A stretch of DNA of 48,801 nt from Octopus bimaculoides (taxonomy: Eukaryota), in assembly GCF_001194135.2 (NCBI RefSeq), contig NC_068984.1, positions 71,864,701 through 71,913,501 on the forward strand, written 5' to 3'. The translations under genes and the position numbers were made by a program. Below the pieces are notes generated by a model. It did no database searches, was not told the DNA's origin, and was given only the letters and a program-made list of their open reading frames with translations. Shown piece by piece: positions 1 to 11,393 of the stretch. Each line of letters opens with the position of its first letter. The first letter of the stretch is position 1.

Positions 1-346
1 ATTCCCAACAATTCAACTTCTCTGGTTGTCATTAACACCCCCACCCCCAATAGGGGCCTTCATTCCCACATTTTAGAGCTCCATGAGCTCCATTTTGCAG
101 GAGCAAAATCTTTTTTACAGGTTCCAGAAGACTGAAATTTTGGAATATGCGCATAAAAATCAATAGTATGGGATACATGTCTCATGATTAGAATTTTTTA
201 GGGTGTGTAAAGAGGGAAAGAACCCTCATGTGCAATTTTGATGAAATTCGAATCATATGTATTCCAGTTCCTTACATAAAATATAACAGAAAAGTCTCAT
301 TTTTCAATTGCATGTAACACGGGCAACGCCGGGTATCTCTGCTAGT
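1..346 (+). mobile_element. 3' end of a Helitron-like non-autonomous element (5' part outside window)
   Basis: CGGGCAACGCCGGGTA (320-335) is followed by CTAG (342-345) and T, the layout of Helitron-family 3' termini. The upstream extent is assumed. Confidence 0.55.
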
Positions 347-404
347 TAACAATAATTTTGATTTCATTGTTATTGTTATTAACAATAATTTTGATTTGCC
401 TCTG

Positions 405-470
<66 letters not shown>
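405..470. repeat. (AAT)n microsatellite
   Basis: Direct read; explains the poly-Ile ORF artefact. Confidence 0.98.
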
Positions 471-497
471 TCTTTATGAATATTTACTGATTCTTTG

Positions 498-531
<34 letters not shown>

Positions 532-537
532 TTTTGT

Positions 538-612
<75 letters not shown>

Positions 613-616
613 TGTG
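498..616. repeat. (TA)n-(TG)n compound microsatellite
   Basis: Direct read; explains the VC/HT-repeat ORFs at 272-754. Confidence 0.98.
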
Positions 617-619
617 CAT

Positions 620-840
620 ACGTATTCCTCTCATTGTATCGGTTCTCCACCACTGCTTGACAACCAGTGTCGGTCTGTTTACTTGCACATACCTTCACGG
701 TTCGGCAATAGAATCGATAGAATAAGTACCAGTCTTACCAAAACTATGTACTGAGATCGATTTATTCGACTACAAATTCTTGTAAGTAATGCCCCCGCAT
801 GGCCGCAGTCTAATGACTGCAACAAGTAAAAGAGAAAAGA
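620..840 (+). mobile_element. 3' half of a tRNA-derived SINE (family B, internal-microsatellite type)
   Basis: CACTGCTTGACAACCAGTGTCGG...GAATAAGTACCAG...GCATGGCCGCAGTCTAATGACTGCAACAAGTAAAAGAG. Related blocks recur at 23350, 23440 (reverse complement), 42255 and 45250 (reverse complement). Confidence 0.75.
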
Positions 841-1207
841 TATTAAAATGAATTACGCAATCAGTTTTTTTTATTTATATTTCCAAAATATTCATGTCTC
901 ATTCGTAAGGAAGAGAAGGCGATGAATTTATTCACTGATAATTCCTAGTAATTCCTTAATCAAACCCAAAATTAATCAGATTGCTCGTTACTTCTAGCTC
1001 TTGATACTCCTTCTTTACACCTATGTGTTTATTGTTATAGGGCACCGAAACATATATTTCCGAATTCCTCAAATCAGAGTCATCTGAGTTGATTGGAATC
1101 GTATTTGAATATCATTTACTTTTACAAAACCCTGGTCCCCAGTGCACTCCTGATCGTAAATCGTAACCGGAGATAAATTTGCCTGTTTTAATCCCTTTTA
1201 TTCTAGT

Positions 1208-4200
1208 CTACCATACTGCCTCTTTCGCTATTGCTACAACCGTGAGAAAACAATTCCTACCTTCCTTTGTTAAAACTTCCGGTGGGTCAATTTTTATAAT
1301 TGACTCAGTCGACAGCTGTACTCTTCCTTCGCCGGACAACAGGTGTTCAGCATAAACCCACATTTCAGATATCTCCGGACACTGGGCAATAACGTGAGGT
1401 ACGGTTTCCGTGTCTCTCCCGTATATTGGACAGGTGGGAGACTGACGCTTACCATGTATTGCGAGCTTATCCAAAACGGGCAAGGCACCTCTGTAACATT
1501 GCCAGGTTAAGGACTTTGGAAGTTGTCCAACGTTCTCAACCCGAATGCACGATGGAACAAGCTGTCCACTTGAATATACCCGAGTCCTAGAGTTGTCCCC
1601 AGGCCATCGTCACATTCAGGCTCTACCAACCCACTATATAAAATTCGTGTAGAACCCCCACTGCTGGCGTTGCCCGAGCGCCAGAATAGCAGGAGAGCCT
1701 TACGGCACTCTTTATGCCATTCACTCGACCTCGGTTTATGAAAACACCAGGCTTCCTGTTCGCAAAAACTTTGAACTTGAGGAACATTTGTCTGGCCAGC
1801 GGAGACCACACCCGTTCACTATCCAGAAGAATTCAGAGGTACCTCAACCTCAACGAACACATGCACTTCATTAAATAAGGCATCCCTAAAACTCCCTTTA
1901 AAGGCTTTTGACAGCAGACAGAGCGTTTCACAAGTGGCGACCTGCCCTTCCACAAAAGGCGAAAGAGCTGTTTCTCCAGCCTGATCGACCACGAATCCAG
2001 ACAGGGCACGACGGTCAGGTGATAGGTAATGACCGATGTGATAAACACATTGGCCACCTCCTCTCTCCCCTTCAGGGATAGCCACCGCCACGGCCAGGTC
2101 TTGACTACTGCAGCCACCCTGCTCAATACCTCCGTCCAGTTCTTCTCTATCTGGAGATATGATCCAAACCGAACAACCAGCAAGTTAACTGGTCCCTCTG
2201 TCCAGCGCCCAACCACACTGAAAGCATCGACTTGCCAACCCAAGTGCCGAGCTGCAAGCCGACCGACTTTTCCCAGGTAATCTTAGCTCCTGTTACCGTC
2301 TCGTAAACTTCAATTGCCTTACCAACTTCACGTAGGCGTGCTACTGTGGTTACGCTGGTAGTGATATCTTCTACGCAAGTTGTAACAAATTCCTCCAAAA
2401 CTGGTTCCCTCGGGATGCTACTCAACCTTCGCTATAGGGGTTTAAGAGCCACCACATACAAAAGTGGTGAGAGCAGACATCCTTGACGAACCGAGCGCCT
2501 AATGAAGAACGGCTTCGGAAGTAAACCGTTCACCCGAACTATCGAGTCATTGTTGTGATACAAAGCGATAAATCATCTGAGGAAGCCAAGGCCTAGGCCC
2601 GAACCGCGCAAGCACAATCGCCAGGTATTGATGGTCAACACTATCGCAAGCTTTATACTGGTCCAAACGTACCAATGCCCCACTGTTGCCAGATTTATCA
2701 CCAACCCTCACTATGGTATACCGAATAAGGTGGAAATTATCCAGAATGGTTCTGCCTGGGATGGCACATGTCTGTGCCTCCATTCGTGACACGCGCCTAC
2801 ATTTTTGATAAGACCTTGGCCAAAATCTTCACTTCTGCGTTTAAGAGAGATATGGGCCTGAAATTATCTTAAACGTCCCACTAGTTCGGGTCCTTTCTGA
2901 CCAACGTCACTACTCCCCGGTGCACAGACCTGGGGATAAACCCATTCTGTTGCCAGTTCGTGTACATGTCAGCCAGCAGGGGCCCGAACAAGTCTGACAT
3001 ACATGTGTACAGCTCGTACGGAATACTATCAAGTTCCGGCCACTTATCCGCTTTACAGTCGGCCATAGCCTTCATCACCGCCACAGGCGTGATCGGCCCT
3101 TCGCAAGACTCCGCATCCGACCCCGAGAGGCACGGTTGCACGGAAAGAGAGTCCTCGAGGACTCCCCTACCATCAGGACCGCCATCACCCCCTACCATCA
3201 GGACCGCCATCACCGCCGAACAGCTGGGCGAAGTACTCCCGAAAGGCCTCACACATTCCCTCGTGTTCGTTTACCAAGACAACATTTTTAATTGTCGAAG
3301 ACCGAATAGTGGAACTATTTCCTTGTCGAGCTTCCACCACTCGGACCCATCCAGCAGCCTTGATGTTTTCACTTCCCATCGCGCCTAACTTAGCTCTCGC
3401 AATACTTCTCATGTGTTAGGCTTCAAGATGCTGGTTAAAATCCAGCCTCTTCACCTTCACTTGGTCCGCATTACCAGTCCTCCAGGCTTCTTCTAGTTCC
3501 TTAACTCGACCATCTCTTATGCTTAGCTAAACTTATGCTAAACCTAATAGATTTATATTTTATGGCTCTTTTTAGGGCGTACCACCGTTTGTTATTAATG
3601 ATGGTACCTGTCAATGCCCTCTATATTAACATCTCTATCCGCTCTCGGTGCTCCTCAATCGCCAAAAAGGAAGTCTTGAGTTTCCAGTAGCCAGATCCCT
3701 GTCGATGCAACTTATCTAATGTCAGCTTACAGGTAACCATCTTGTGATCACTGGACCTGACTAGACAAAACTGTTGACACTTAGCTATGGATTTATCTGT
3801 TTTTCTAATTAAAACCCTATCTAGACATGTTTTGAAAGACCAGTCACTGTTTGACCACGTTCACTGTGGAGTGTTCGGGTGTTCCAACCTGTATGGATCT
3901 GCCAGCAGAAAGTGACTCAGCGAACCCTGTAAGCCAGGGTTACATTTTCTATTCCTATTCGAGCCAATCGTCACAGATTGTTTTAAAGTCTCCTATCAGT
4001 ACTATCGAACGCGACGTGGCCAGGAACCTTCCCAGGTCACCAAAATATTCACTTTGCGGGTCCATAAGTTTGGGTGCATAAATTGCAACCAGTCCGATTA
4101 TCTTGCCACAACTGAATGTCAGCTTGAGAACGACCAATGTGCCTTCTGGGTCAGAAAAAAAACAACCTTTTTCTCTGCTACCCAGTTTCTTTATAGTAGG

Positions 4201-4400
4201 ACCAATACCCTACCAACACCTCCCACCCTACTCGGAGAAACGCATTTCTCAAAGCCGTTCAAGGGAAAGCAGATCTCTTGGCCCCATACCCGGGTTTCCG
4301 TTGAAACAATCACATCCAATTTTCTTGACCTTATGTAATTTAGGAAGCGTCCTTGCTTCCAGCTAGATATCAGGCTACGAACGTTTACACAACCAATGTG
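1208..4400 (-). pseudogene. Tx1-type ORF2 (AP endonuclease, reverse transcriptase, C-terminal Cys/His domain), disrupted
   Basis: ORF-track fragments 3955-4137, 3185-3412, 2881-3252, 2547-2792, 2147-2425, 1833-2243 and 1208-1483 are collinear with the Tx1 ORF2 domain order. Confidence 0.9.
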
Positions 4401-4420
4401 AATAGAAATTACTTACATAT

Positions 4421-5526
4421 TTAATATGGGGGGTGCTGTGGAGATGGATTCTCCACCTTTTCTTGACATAGAGTCGGTGGTAGCAAGTCTTGAAAAATGG
4501 ATTGATCAAAATCCAATCTCATCATCGACACCGACTTTCTATACGAGTTAAATAATACATTATGAGTCTTTTTATCCATTTCGTAGAACTCGTAGTTCTT
4601 ATATTTATCAAAAAATTCTGCAATCCTCGTGGCTGATTTTTTCGCTTTTATTTCTCTCATTAAATATTCATTTTTGTTGCATGACGCGGCTATCCCTTCG
4701 CTTCCTTCCTTACTATTTTTGGTTTTTCTTTTCGCAGTTTTTATTTATTTTTTTTGCTCGACGTATTTTTGTTAATTTGAGTTTTCATTTTTCTCTTGTT
4801 TTTAGTTGCTTTTTTTGTTCTTTTTTTATCTCTCTTTTTCTCTCTCTCCTCCTCCTCACCATCAGATTCTTCCTCACCGTCTCTAATGTTTTTATATGGC
4901 CCAGCTGGTCACACTGGAAACATCGGGGCTTACGCCCCTCGATGAATCCAAAAAGCCTTTTCTGTGACGGTAGCCTGAAGAAGTGTTCTATCATCTTCAT
5001 TTTTTGCCAGGACTGCCACCAGCAACCAAATAGGGTCGACCTGAGGTAGGACCCTTGGTATACGTATCTTTGACGTCCTCATTATCATATATATTGGGAT
5101 TAAAACAACGTCCTCCGTTTTTAAAGATTTAACTGAGTGCATTTGTGCAGTTTCTATATCTTTTAGTCGTACTTCGATAGTACTAAATTTCTTCCCTCTG
5201 GCTAGGTATGTGATATCCTACCAAATGGGTTTGAAGCACTTCTCAACTTTCTCTTCGCTCACTCGACCATTTTTTTTTCCTTTTAGACAGTAAGATTTTA
5301 AAATAATTGTTTTTCTCTGTTCTAACATTAATAGTTCTTCCGGGGGTTGAACTTTCACAACACCGTCTTCAATTGTTATCATATCTTTGTACTTCATCAG
5401 GTCATTTTTGTTTGTCGACAGCTGGCGGGTTTCACCTGCAGCTGCCGACGCAAAACTTCTTTTTTGCTTATTTTCTTCTGTTTGAAGGCTTTTCAAGTCA
5501 ATATTCCTCTTTGAAACAGTATACAT
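4421..5526 (-). pseudogene. Tx1-type ORF1 (gag-like, degenerate CCHC knuckle), disrupted
   Basis: Fragments 5218-5526, 4930-5142, 4785-5000 (EGRKPRCFQCDQLGHIK, then a basic stretch) and 4421-4660 lie directly upstream of the APE start. Confidence 0.75.
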
Positions 5527-5769
5527 TGATGGTTGGGGAAATTCACTTTCAGAAGAATCCGAAATATCGCCAAATATTAAACTTACAATCTTTTTTGCCT
5601 CTTTAATGTTTCCCCCACAGGGGAAAACACGATAGTTTTCGAACGAAGACTATCATACAAATAATTATAACAGGAACAATGAATATTACAGGAAATAACT
5701 TTAAAAAATAGTCAATAGAGACTTGCACTTACTATACAGATGCACTCTAATAATAAATATCAATAAATC

Positions 5770-5842
5770 CAAACTCACGGAGACGAAATACCGCTAAGCA
5801 TTTCGGCAGGCGTGCTAACGATCCTGCCTGCTCGCCGTCTAG
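5770..5842 (-). mobile_element. SINE family A 5' (tRNA-like head) fragment
   Basis: GAAATACCGCTAAGCATTTCGGCAGGCGTGCTAACGATCCTGCCTGCTCGCCG matches 23853-23907 and 29489-29521. Confidence 0.85.
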
Positions 5843-6109
5843 AGAGATTATTATTAAAAGGAAGAAGGGGCGGTAGGAGCATGATTAAATTATGAAATAT
5901 ATAATAAATTATTTACATGTGGGCTCTACATATATTATGATTAGAAAGATTAGAAAGTAGTAACAAGTACACCCTCAAAACTTATGCTGCAATGAGAGAG
6001 AGAGAGAGTATTCCGTCTAAGTAATTTTGTATTCGAACGGCTTTATATATTTGCATTATTAATTAGATATATATTTTATTCAACCCTTATCTGATTCTCT
6101 TTGGTAAAC

Positions 6110-6409
6110 TCATTTAAACTTACAGGATTTGGAGAGGTCAAGATATTTTGCATCATCAAATTCTTTTATATACAAATATTTTATATCAATGCTGTAGATT
6201 ATAAATGGTGTCATTCCAAGCACTGGATTTATTTTCAGTAGTTGCTTTAGTGTTCTCGAGTACATATTCATTAATTTTGCCTTTGCCTCTCTGTGTTCTT
6301 TCGTAACAGTTACATATACCACAAAGTATTTATATAAGCTATTTACTCCAACTCGGTCCGGAATGAAAATATTTGTATGCTGACGGATATCTTTATCTAA
6401 TAAAACCAA
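6110..6409 (-). mobile_element. Decayed RT-thumb fragment of an R4/Dong-type (RLE) retroelement
   Basis: LYKYFVV...EHREAKAKLMNMYSRTLKQLLK-INPVLGMTPFIIYSIDI aligns by eye with the family pattern YKYLG...MKEKL.KEY.RR.R.ILK...IN..A.PVI.YS.GII. Confidence 0.55.
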
Positions 6410-7169
6410 ATTGTATCACGAAAGATGCAGAAAAACATTGAGAATATGATGTGAACGAGAAGTAAAGAAAAAGGCGATGATGCATAATATTACAACCAGT
6501 ATTAAGAAGGACATGAAAACAAAGTATGGGAGAAATAAATATAAACAAAGGTACAAAACCAACCAGCACTCATATGTTACACAGAGACGTTAAAACAAAT
6601 CTTCTAGGAAAATCTCATATGCATGACCCTATTAGTTCAGTTGCACAACTTAAAATATTACACACAATACACAAAACGTTTAATCTATACAATAACAAAG
6701 TAACAACTGACCTGCATAACTGATACACAACATTTTATGATAAAAATAGTTTATATCCCTCATTCTACAAAGCTGCACTTAATTAAATCTAAAGGTATTG
6801 CAACACTAATCAGTACGTCCACGAAATTGAACACCGCTCACATATATAAAACAAACAAGAATGTGAATAACTTTCCACTGCAAACAATAAACAGAGATAA
6901 ACGCAGAATCAATGAATAACGTATTTGTGCTCCAAAAGAGAATCCGACCACTCTTCAGAAACATAAAATTTGTGTTCTTAGAATAGGAACTCGCAAATAA
7001 CTATAGGCATGAAAATATTATTACAAGTAATTTTCTACAACAAGAACAATAGCAACTGCTACTACTACTGCAATAATGATAATAATAACCACCACTTCAC
7101 CACCACAACAAGAACAAGACTAAAAAGAAGAAAACGAAGGAGAAGAACAACAACAACATTAAGTCTTTC

Positions 7170-7328
7170 TACTAAAGGCACGGAGCCTGAAATTTTGAGG
7201 GTGGGGCTAGTTGATATAATCGACCCCAGACCGTAACTAGTACAGATTTCATCCCGTAGGATCAAAAGCAATGTCGACCTCGATAGAATTTGAACTCAGA
7301 TCCTGGTTTACTAACGCTTCTAATAGCT
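7170..7328 (-). mobile_element. SINE family A, internally deleted copy
   Basis: GGAGCCTGAAATTTTGAGGG...ATCGACCCCAG...GTCGACCTCGATAGAATTTGAACTCAG...GCTCGCCGGCTT is collinear with 23708-23907. Confidence 0.85.
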
Positions 7329-7367
7329 CGCCGGCTTAACAATAATACTAAAATAATAATAATAATC

Positions 7368-7443
<76 letters not shown>
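7329..7443. repeat. (AAT)n microsatellite
   Basis: Direct read. Confidence 0.98.
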
Positions 7444-7459
7444 GTACCAGGGCGTGACT

Positions 7460-7990
7460 CTCAAGGCTTCTCATTTTAACTAAATTGAAGAGTTCATGTT
7501 TTGTTTTGGTAAAAAGCAATGGACTACAGCAAATATTCTACTCAGTAGCTTAGATTTGCTTGTCAGTTGCTCGACCTTCAAAGGTTGAGAATGTCTCTAA
7601 GTAATTGGCGATATGTGCATCACTGATCACAAATAGGTGTAGTGAGAGATCATCATTGCACTTCATTGAGAGGAACTTTTTGGGGTTGGAATAATTCACC
7701 CCTGGAAACATGGGTGCTTGTTCATCATCCTTAAACAACCCTCATTCAGAGACCTTTAGAGCAGGATGGGCTACCCAACCTGTAGAAAATTATTACTGGG
7801 CCCCACATGGAAGGTCATGTACTGTTTGTCTTCATGTGAGATCACCATGTCGCGCACATATGGTTGTGATGCATGTGGTGCCTGATGTACTCTTATCAGA
7901 CAGGTAGTCGTGATGGGTATTTTGGGCTTCGAATATTTGCTCCCCTCCCTCAATTTGATGGCATGCTCTCTCACTTGCTTTGTCTAGTTT
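7460..7990 (-). other. Unassigned, GC-richer, decayed coding-like segment (probably TE-derived)
   Basis: Long frames broken by single stops, e.g. HDLPCGAQ**FSTGWVAHPALKVSE*GLFKDDEQAPMFPGVNYSNPKKF...FSTFEGRATDKQI. No family recognised. Confidence 0.3.
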
Positions 7991-8105
7991 TGAATATTTT
8001 AGCCCAGTATTTGCCACGAAGAGGCTTTTCTCGTCATCGTTTTATCATGGACCATTACTGTTCTAGTGTAGTTTGGATTTCATTTGTTTTACACCATTTT
8101 TCCCT
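7990..8105 (-). mobile_element. R4/Dong-type retroelement fragment (post-RT region)
   Basis: Translates LEQ*WSMIKR*REKPLRGKYWAK, matching the W.EKPLHGKY motif that precedes the CCHC finger in this family. Confidence 0.6.
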
Positions 8106-8930
8106 TTCTTCTGCCACTTACAATAGAGCGCTTTGAAGATTGGAGATCAAGTCTGGCATATTTACGTAAAGGTCATTGGGCAGACCATCTAAACTGGGTG
8201 ATTTGTGCATCGTGCAGCCGAAAAGAGCGTCCTAAATTTTGACTGAAGTTATCTACCTTTCACACCCTTCAGTGTATGCCGCCGAGAGAAGCGGCAAGCC
8301 ATCGAAGTAGGAACTGAAGTCCGTCACCATCTCCGCTCCGCCACTCTCTCCGAACAACTGAGCAAAGTGCTGGTGAAAGGCCTCACACATCTGCTTGGAG
8401 TCGTTCAGTTCGTGTCCGTCTCGATCCGGCAAAAACGGAATTGTGGTTTGTTACCACGCTGCACTTCCGCCACGTGGGCCCATTGAACAGTTTTGATCCC
8501 CTCGTTTCTTAGCTCTGTCAATGCAACCTTTATGTTTCACATTGAAGAACTGGTCTAATGACATTTTCACAGCTAGCACGTCGGCTGCAACGCCAAGACA
8601 AATAGCATCATCTAGTTTAGCTATTAACCCCTCCTTTTCTGTATTTTTGGCTATACTTTTTTATTTGCTAAACTCTATCGACATTACTCTCATCTCTCTT
8701 TTGATAGCCGCCCATCATCTGTTGTTGACGAGCACCCCACCTTTCAACTTCCGCTTAACTAAATTGCTGATGCGATCCCTGTAAGCCTTACGTGCTGGAA
8801 ATGACATTTTCAGCTTACAGTACACGTGTTCGAACATACGCGACTTATCTTGCTTGACTTCAAAACTTCTTAAGACGATTAAAAATCCCATGCAAGATTG
8901 ATGTCTTGCAAAAATCAGTCTTATTGGGCG
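8105..8930 (-). mobile_element. Second Tx1-clade ORF2 fragment (APE end to RT start)
   Basis: Translates MCEAFHQHFAQLFGESGG...GCER*IT...KSPSLDGLPNDLY, homologous to MCEAFREYFAQLFGGDGG...SCEGPIT...PELDSIPYELY of the first element. Confidence 0.85.
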
Positions 8931-9049
8931 CAGCGACTATCTTAAGGAAAGTATTATCTGTCTGAGGTCCTTCTTGTGACTTGACAGATGACTAAAGGCT
9001 CTGGTGCATTTTTACCTACACTATGTTTCGAATGAATAATAATACACTG

Positions 9050-9544
9050 ACAATGGTACAAACACCATGCTGAAGCTGTGACTGAGGGAGAAAATGCATC
9101 GATTCTCTGGGACTTCCCCGTACATACCGACAAGGCTATATAAGCTAATAAACCGGATATTATTATAAAAGATCAGACAAAGAAGACGTGTTTATTAACT
9201 GACATGAGTATTCCCTGTGATCATAATATAGCGGTGAAAGAATTTGACAAGATCAGTAAATATAAAGACTTGCTAATAGAAATTGAAAAAATGTAGCACC
9301 TCTAGGCGACTACAGTACCAGTGACTGTAGGATATCTAGGAATGATAAAAAAAGGTACTGAAACCTATTTGAAAATGATACCAGGCTTACCATCCCTACA
9401 AAAAATCGTGTTAACTGGAACGACTCATGTTCTGAGAAGAGCATTATCGCTGTGAAAACAACATCCATTCCTGATTTTTTTTTTTTTAAATACATAATTT
9501 ACCTGTGAATTTGCGTGTGTAAATTGGGAATGCATACAACGAGT
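9050..9544 (+). mobile_element. 3' end of an R4/Dong-type retroelement: restriction-like endonuclease domain plus 3' UTR
   Basis: WYKHHAEAVTEGENASILWDFPVHTDKAI*ANKPDIIIKDQTKKTCLLTDMSIPCDHNIAVKEFDKISKYKDLLIEIEKM*...GMIKKG...QKIVLTGTTHVLRRALSL* carries the PD..D..K RLE motif; terminal stop at 9453-9455. Confidence 0.9.
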
Positions 9545-10089
9545 NNNNNNNNNNAGTGCTCTCTCCAATGTCATCAGTCTGATTCACAAGTCTACACTTA
9601 GAGAGGTACCATCAATTCTTTCTATTTTCGCAACTTATAATAATAATAAAACAAACCCCATGACCTGTGCCATAGAAATTCGATGCCCAACAGAAGAAGA
9701 CAACCTGCAATGAACATACAACACACAGTATAAATATTAATACAGCAGGAGACTCAGACCAAATCTCATAAAAAAAAAACGTTGATATAATAGAATATTC
9801 CCCAAACGAGAAAAATACAGCACGGACATTACCAGCACGAAAGTGTAGCAAGTGATGCACCACTGATCTGCTTGAAACTACGAAATGTTGAATAATAATA
9901 GTGGTGATGACGATGATGACGAACATTACCTTACCTCAGTTCGTGAGAAACAAGAGTTTACCTAGAAACTGTGATTGTAACGGTGAAAATGTGGCTGAAC
10001 CTTTAACAGAAGGACTGTCGCGCGGCCGTTGTTCAATACAGATACAGTGTCACCCCAGCTGTTATCCTACGACAGCATTAGCAGATAAT

Positions 10090-10500
10090 TGAGTAAAGAG
10101 GAGGAAGTCGAAGTGAATCAGTGAAAAAAACAGGATAGTGATGCCGTGCTATTTAGAAATTCGACATAAAAGATGGGGTTATAGAAAACAGATGTTAACA
10201 CTTTGAGGAGAGGAGGTTATGTATAAAATGAGCAAGCAGAGATGAGTAGACCAAGCTAATGCAATGAGAAGAAAATGGATGACGGAATTGGAAGTGGAAG
10301 AGATTACAAGAGCACTTGAAAAGCCAAACAACAACATAAGAGATATAATTTAAACCAAGGAAGAACCGAAAATAGCACTACCACTCAGGAAGGGACAAAT
10401 GGAACCAGAGATTTAAGCGATTTAATGGAGGAGGATCAGAAGATTTTAGATGAGCTGCAGGAAGCAACGAGTAAAGAAGAAAGAATATTTAATTGGGCTA
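10090..10500 (+). mobile_element. N-terminal ORF fragment of an R4/Dong-type retroelement
   Basis: RIVMPCYL...GYRKQML...SKQR*VDQANAMRRKWMTELEVEE matches the family N-terminal motif (MECY...GYR.RM...EQRL.DQ...IR...W.T.LE.EE). Confidence 0.7.
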
Positions 10501-11356
10501 AAGAGCATTTTTCGTAGTCGCGGACTATTCATTGATAGCATTTCTTATTTTACACTTGTTATACCGTACCCAGTTATTCTATGTCGTCATGGTTTAATCG
10601 ATTTAGCAGAATCTTCTTTCTGAATCTCTGTTCCAGTTAATATTACCAATCAGTATTAATTATAGATTTTAATTTCTGAACTTTTCTCTTGGCTGTTCTA
10701 ATCTGTTAGACAATTCTAAAAGACGTTATGTCATCATTTCAGCTTTTCATCATTTCAGCTTTTATTTTAAGCTTCGCTTTCATCATTTAGAAACAAATGG
10801 TGGTAGACTTGTGTCTAATACAAACACACACATTTTCAGAAAGCGTATTTTAACCAGTAAAAGAGAATTTCGGAGTAAGAAAGTTATCCACACACATTTC
10901 GACATTCTCTTTGATAGGTATGGTTCCAAGAGATTCTAATTGACAAAATCAGTAATGAATTATAGAATTAATTGCAAAATATAAGTAAACAATTAAGAAT
11001 ATTCTCCTCATTCTACTTTCTACCTTCCATATAAGTGCAGACACAACCTCTATAATTAATAAAAGTAACGTAAGAATCAGTAGAAGAGAACAAACAACAT
11101 ATGAAATGTCGTAGGAACTAAGTATATCATTAATAGCGTAGAGATGAACACATTATCAAACAACGTTATATATAGTATAGCATGCATTACTCATTGCCAT
11201 AAAAATAAAATTAGGTATAATATATGCTACAAACAAATGAAAATGAACACTCTGATCTGAAACAATTCTGGGAAACATGAAAGTCGGAAAAGAATCTTCA
11301 GAACAGTAATTTGATTAGCAAAGTGTGATAGAATCATAGCGACTATTGACTTCAAA

Positions 11357-11393
<37 letters not shown>

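Larger units (their letters stand above)
1100..5620 (-). mobile_element. Near-full-length, decayed L1/Tx1-clade non-LTR retrotransposon (ORF1 + APE-RT-Zn finger ORF2)
   Basis: Order on minus strand: ORF1 fragments with zinc knuckle CFQCDQLGH; APE (VNVRSL..., IVSTET, AIYAP, IGDF, DH); RT (PELDSIPYELY, QTCAIPGRTILDN, LDQYKACDSVDH, degenerate YADD as CVEDIT); C-terminal CP..ET.PHVIAQC. Many stops and frameshifts. Confidence 0.92.

Noticed and set aside
272-754. ORFs rich in HT/VC/poly-I repeats (also at 15325, 18587-19315, 26783-27330, 31540-31822, 35303-35635, 38406-38617, 40243-40729, 46961-47668)
   Set aside because: They are translations of microsatellites and N-gaps, not genes.
6110-6396. 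Apparent terminal host exon (TTATTAG| acceptor, 95 codons, stop)
   Set aside because: The peptide fits a decayed R4/Dong-type RT thumb region better; the splice site is probably chance.
9545-9600. Antisense CTGATGA as a possible hammerhead ribozyme core in the RLE 3' UTR
   Set aside because: No stem II/GAAA is visible because the sequence runs into a 10-N gap, so it cannot be supported.
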